From Thainema sp. (GTDB taxonomy: Bacteria; Cyanobacteriota; Cyanobacteriia; Phormidesmidales; Phormidesmidaceae): a stretch of DNA of 64,000 bases. The stretch's first letter is position 1. Each line of letters opens with the position of its first letter. The notes below the pieces were generated by a model. That model was not told the DNA's origin. It saw only the letters and a program-made list of their open reading frames with translations, and did not search any database. The translations under genes were made by a program, and so were the position numbers. This document shows positions 61,804-64,000 of the stretch, in pieces. The stretch is taken from assembly GCA_052168235.1 (NCBI GenBank), contig JBQLZK010000026.1, forward strand, positions 1-64,000, written 5' to 3'.

Positions 61804-61953
61804 TTATGCGTTAGCTGTTGATTGAGCCGTAATTGCAATCCACAGGAGGGCTAGGCAAAGTGCGATCGCAACTCGCACTGCCCAGCGCTTCAGTCCAACT
61901 GCTTTGTTTGACTGGGCTTTTAGCAACTCATCTGGAGAAGACGCATTGGACAT
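61804..61953 (-). CDS. Putative 49-aa single-pass membrane peptide
   Basis: MSNASSPDELLKAQSNKAVGLKRWAVRVAIALCLALLWIAITAQSTANA*; lies between the LCP gene and a terminator; below the ORF-track cutoff. Confidence 0.5.
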   Translation of the reverse strand: MSNASSPDELLKAQSNKAVGLKRWAVRVAIALCLALLWIAITAQSTANA

Positions 61954-62027
61954 TAGCTGGTTGGGGCGACTCTTGAGTAGATGAAGACATAACTGGCAAT
62001 CGACATAGCCATCGGCAAGAATTGCAG

Positions 62028-63503
62028 CTATTCTAACGTTTCACCAGCTTCAGCCTCATCCGTATCAGAGGCAAACTGCTGCACCCAGTCTTCACCAATC
62101 CGAATTGTCAAATCAGACTCGATATTACCCGTTGAAGCAGCCACAACGCGACCAGTACCGAGTACCAATTCGATAACTCTAGCGTTTTCTACATCTCCCT
62201 GCTGGGCAATAATCTGGGTTTGGCGAATGGAATCCGGCCAGTCATTGACAACATAGACATCGTAAAAGCCTTGCTGCTGGAGGTAGTCTGCTACGTCGCG
62301 GGCAATATAAGGTTCGCCTGTCGCGTTCTGCACAGCGATGTGCAAGTCTCGGGCTGCCCGCTGCGTAATATCTGATGTTACCGTCGCGCCAAAATAGTCA
62401 TTCATAATCCGATCGCCAGCGTCCGGATCGCGAATCCAGTAGCTAGCCACATACTCATTTGGATCGCTGAAGCGCCCTGGCAGCATGACCATCTGAAAGG
62501 ATTCCTCATCCAAATTCAGCGCAAAATTTGCCAACGCCAGCATTTCTTCTAAGCTGAGATTCGTATCCAAATACTGCTGAGCAATTCGCATGATTTGGGG
62601 AATCTGGGGCAAAATCGCCGGACTCATAATGCGATCGCGCAGAGACGATAATAACTGCTGCTGCCGCTGCACCCGACCAATATCGCCAAACCCATCGCTG
62701 CGGAAGCGGGCAAACTGTTCGGCCTCATCACCATCGAGGGTTTGCCAGCCCTGGGGCAAGTCAATATACAAATCCTGGGTCTGGTCAACATACTCCATCG
62801 GTTCAGGCACGTAAACCTCAACCCCACCAACGAGATCCACCACTTCCCGAAACGCCTCGGTGCTGACACGTACATAGCGATCAATCGGTACATCATTCAG
62901 AGTCCGACTGACCACGCGAGCCGACATGCTGGGGCCGCCAATTACGTTAGCCTGGTTGATCTTGGTGACGCCATAGTTGGGAATTTCAACCTGCGTGTCG
63001 CGAGGAATGGACAACACAGTGAGCTGGTTATCGTTGGGATCAACCCGAACGAGCAGCATCGTATCCGTGCGGCCAGAGAGGACTTCCGGTGAATTACGAT
63101 CGGCATCGGGTACCCGATCAATCCCCATAATCAGGATATTAACTGGGCGATCTACCTGATAGCGAATGCCGCGCTTCCACAGTTCTCGTAACGAAAAACT
63201 CTCTTGGGCTTGAGCAAACCACTGAGGCGGCAGTGGCGAAACCATGGCTAGCCAAGCCCCAAACCCGGCTGAAACAATTGCAGTCAAGAAAAAGGTGGAG
63301 CCTAAAAAGAAGCCTCGCCAAGGATGGCGCGGCTCTAATTCAGTTTCAGCAGCATCCAAATTGAGGTTCTCTTCTTGATCAATTGAATTAAATTGGTTGA
63401 CTGAGTCATCCGTGGATACAGTTCGATCTGAGCCTAAATCCGATTTAGAATCTGCTTGTGTAGGTATATCTGAGTCATGTGACTGTTTTACTCCCTCAAC
63501 CAC
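62028..63503 (-). CDS. LCP (LytR-CpsA-Psr) family protein with LytR_C domain
   Basis: NILIMGID, RTDTMLL, LSIPRDT, KINQAN, FARFR..D.GRVQRQQ; C-terminal V.NATG...DLTIRIGEDW. Confidence 0.93.
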   Translation of the reverse strand: MVEGVKQSHDSDIPTQADSKSDLGSDRTVSTDDSVNQFNSIDQEENLNLDAAETELEPRHPWRGFFLGSTFFLTAIVSAGFGAWLAMVSPLPPQWFAQAQESFSLRELWKRGIRYQVDRPVNILIMGIDRVPDADRNSPEVLSGRTDTMLLVRVDPNDNQLTVLSIPRDTQVEIPNYGVTKINQANVIGGPSMSARVVSRTLNDVPIDRYVRVSTEAFREVVDLVGGVEVYVPEPMEYVDQTQDLYIDLPQGWQTLDGDEAEQFARFRSDGFGDIGRVQRQQQLLSSLRDRIMSPAILPQIPQIMRIAQQYLDTNLSLEEMLALANFALNLDEESFQMVMLPGRFSDPNEYVASYWIRDPDAGDRIMNDYFGATVTSDITQRAARDLHIAVQNATGEPYIARDVADYLQQQGFYDVYVVNDWPDSIRQTQIIAQQGDVENARVIELVLGTGRVVAASTGNIESDLTIRIGEDWVQQFASDTDEAEAGETLE

Positions 63504-63842
63504 GCCATTTCACTCCCTTACCACAATGAGGTCTCCTGCGAATATGCAGGTCTGAGACAAATTTGTGAGAAAAACCAGCCTTAGCCTTTCGCGACAACAA
63601 TCCGGAATTTAGACCGAATTTCAAATGAGACCAACATACGGCGCTAAATCTAAACCCATTCTTTTAGATTTGTTACGACGCATTAGGGCGATTATAGCTT
63701 GGTCATTGAATCAACAGAAGTATCGTCTTGATTAGAATTGCTGAAGTTATGGTGTGGTTATCCTGAAAGACTTGATTTTGGCTTGAAAGGTTGCATAATC
63801 AGGCTGATGCCGTTGTTGATCTCAACTAATCCAAACTGAATC

Positions 63843-64000
63843 ATGCAAAATTCTCTGATTCCCGTTATTTTGGCCGGTGGAAAAGGTGAACGTTTCTGGC
63901 CACTCAGCCGCATTCAGCGTCCTAAGCAGTTTTTGAGTTTAGATGGTAGCGGTAAGAGCTTACTCCAGACGACGGCGGAGCGTCTCTTACCTGTGGCTGG
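63843..64000 (+). CDS. manC: Mannose-1-phosphate guanylyltransferase (5' part, truncated by the window end)
   Basis: [33 protein letters not shown]...[10 protein letters not shown]. Confidence 0.85.
   Translation, partial: MQNSLIPVILAGGKGERFWPLSRIQRPKQFLSLDGSGKSLLQTTAERLLPVA

Overview
Chromosomal window from a cyanobacterium. The evidence is chlH, a CAB-tailed ferrochelatase, Tab2, pilB with a Zn-finger tail, very frequent HIP1 GCGATCGC octamers and STRR-like tandem repeats; a filamentous lineage is an inference. Most of it is housekeeping: chlH, an lpxB-like gene, a multi-PAS histidine kinase, two MacAB-like exporter loci, tab2, a TldD/PmbA protein, a ClC-CBS-USP protein, a CHASE2 cyclase, grpE-dnaK-dnaJ-tusA-rsgA divergent from pilB-pilT-pilC, a GST, an M50 protease, a cbpA-like dnaJ, fni, yidD, hemH, a tyrosine recombinase, spoIID, rnz, an LCP protein and a partial manC. 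The most unusual part is a ~3 kb accessory islet (46.8-49.7 kb). It has an AT-rich TerB + glycine-zipper + DUF726-like hydrolase gene. Divergent from that gene is a small 94-aa ORF with a structured leader: a sigma70 promoter, a minus-strand hairpin with an antisense -10 box, a translationally coupled 46-aa leader ORF and a plus-strand terminator/attenuator. The islet ends in a 132-bp MITE nested inside a REP-like repeat. Also notable are a ClC with Gln at the gating-glutamate position, a c-heme/PAS sensor with no recognisable output domain, a 50-bp perfect palindrome and an unannotated 49-aa membrane peptide. I found no rRNA, tRNA or CRISPR array. All family assignments come from motif recognition by eye; no database searches were run.
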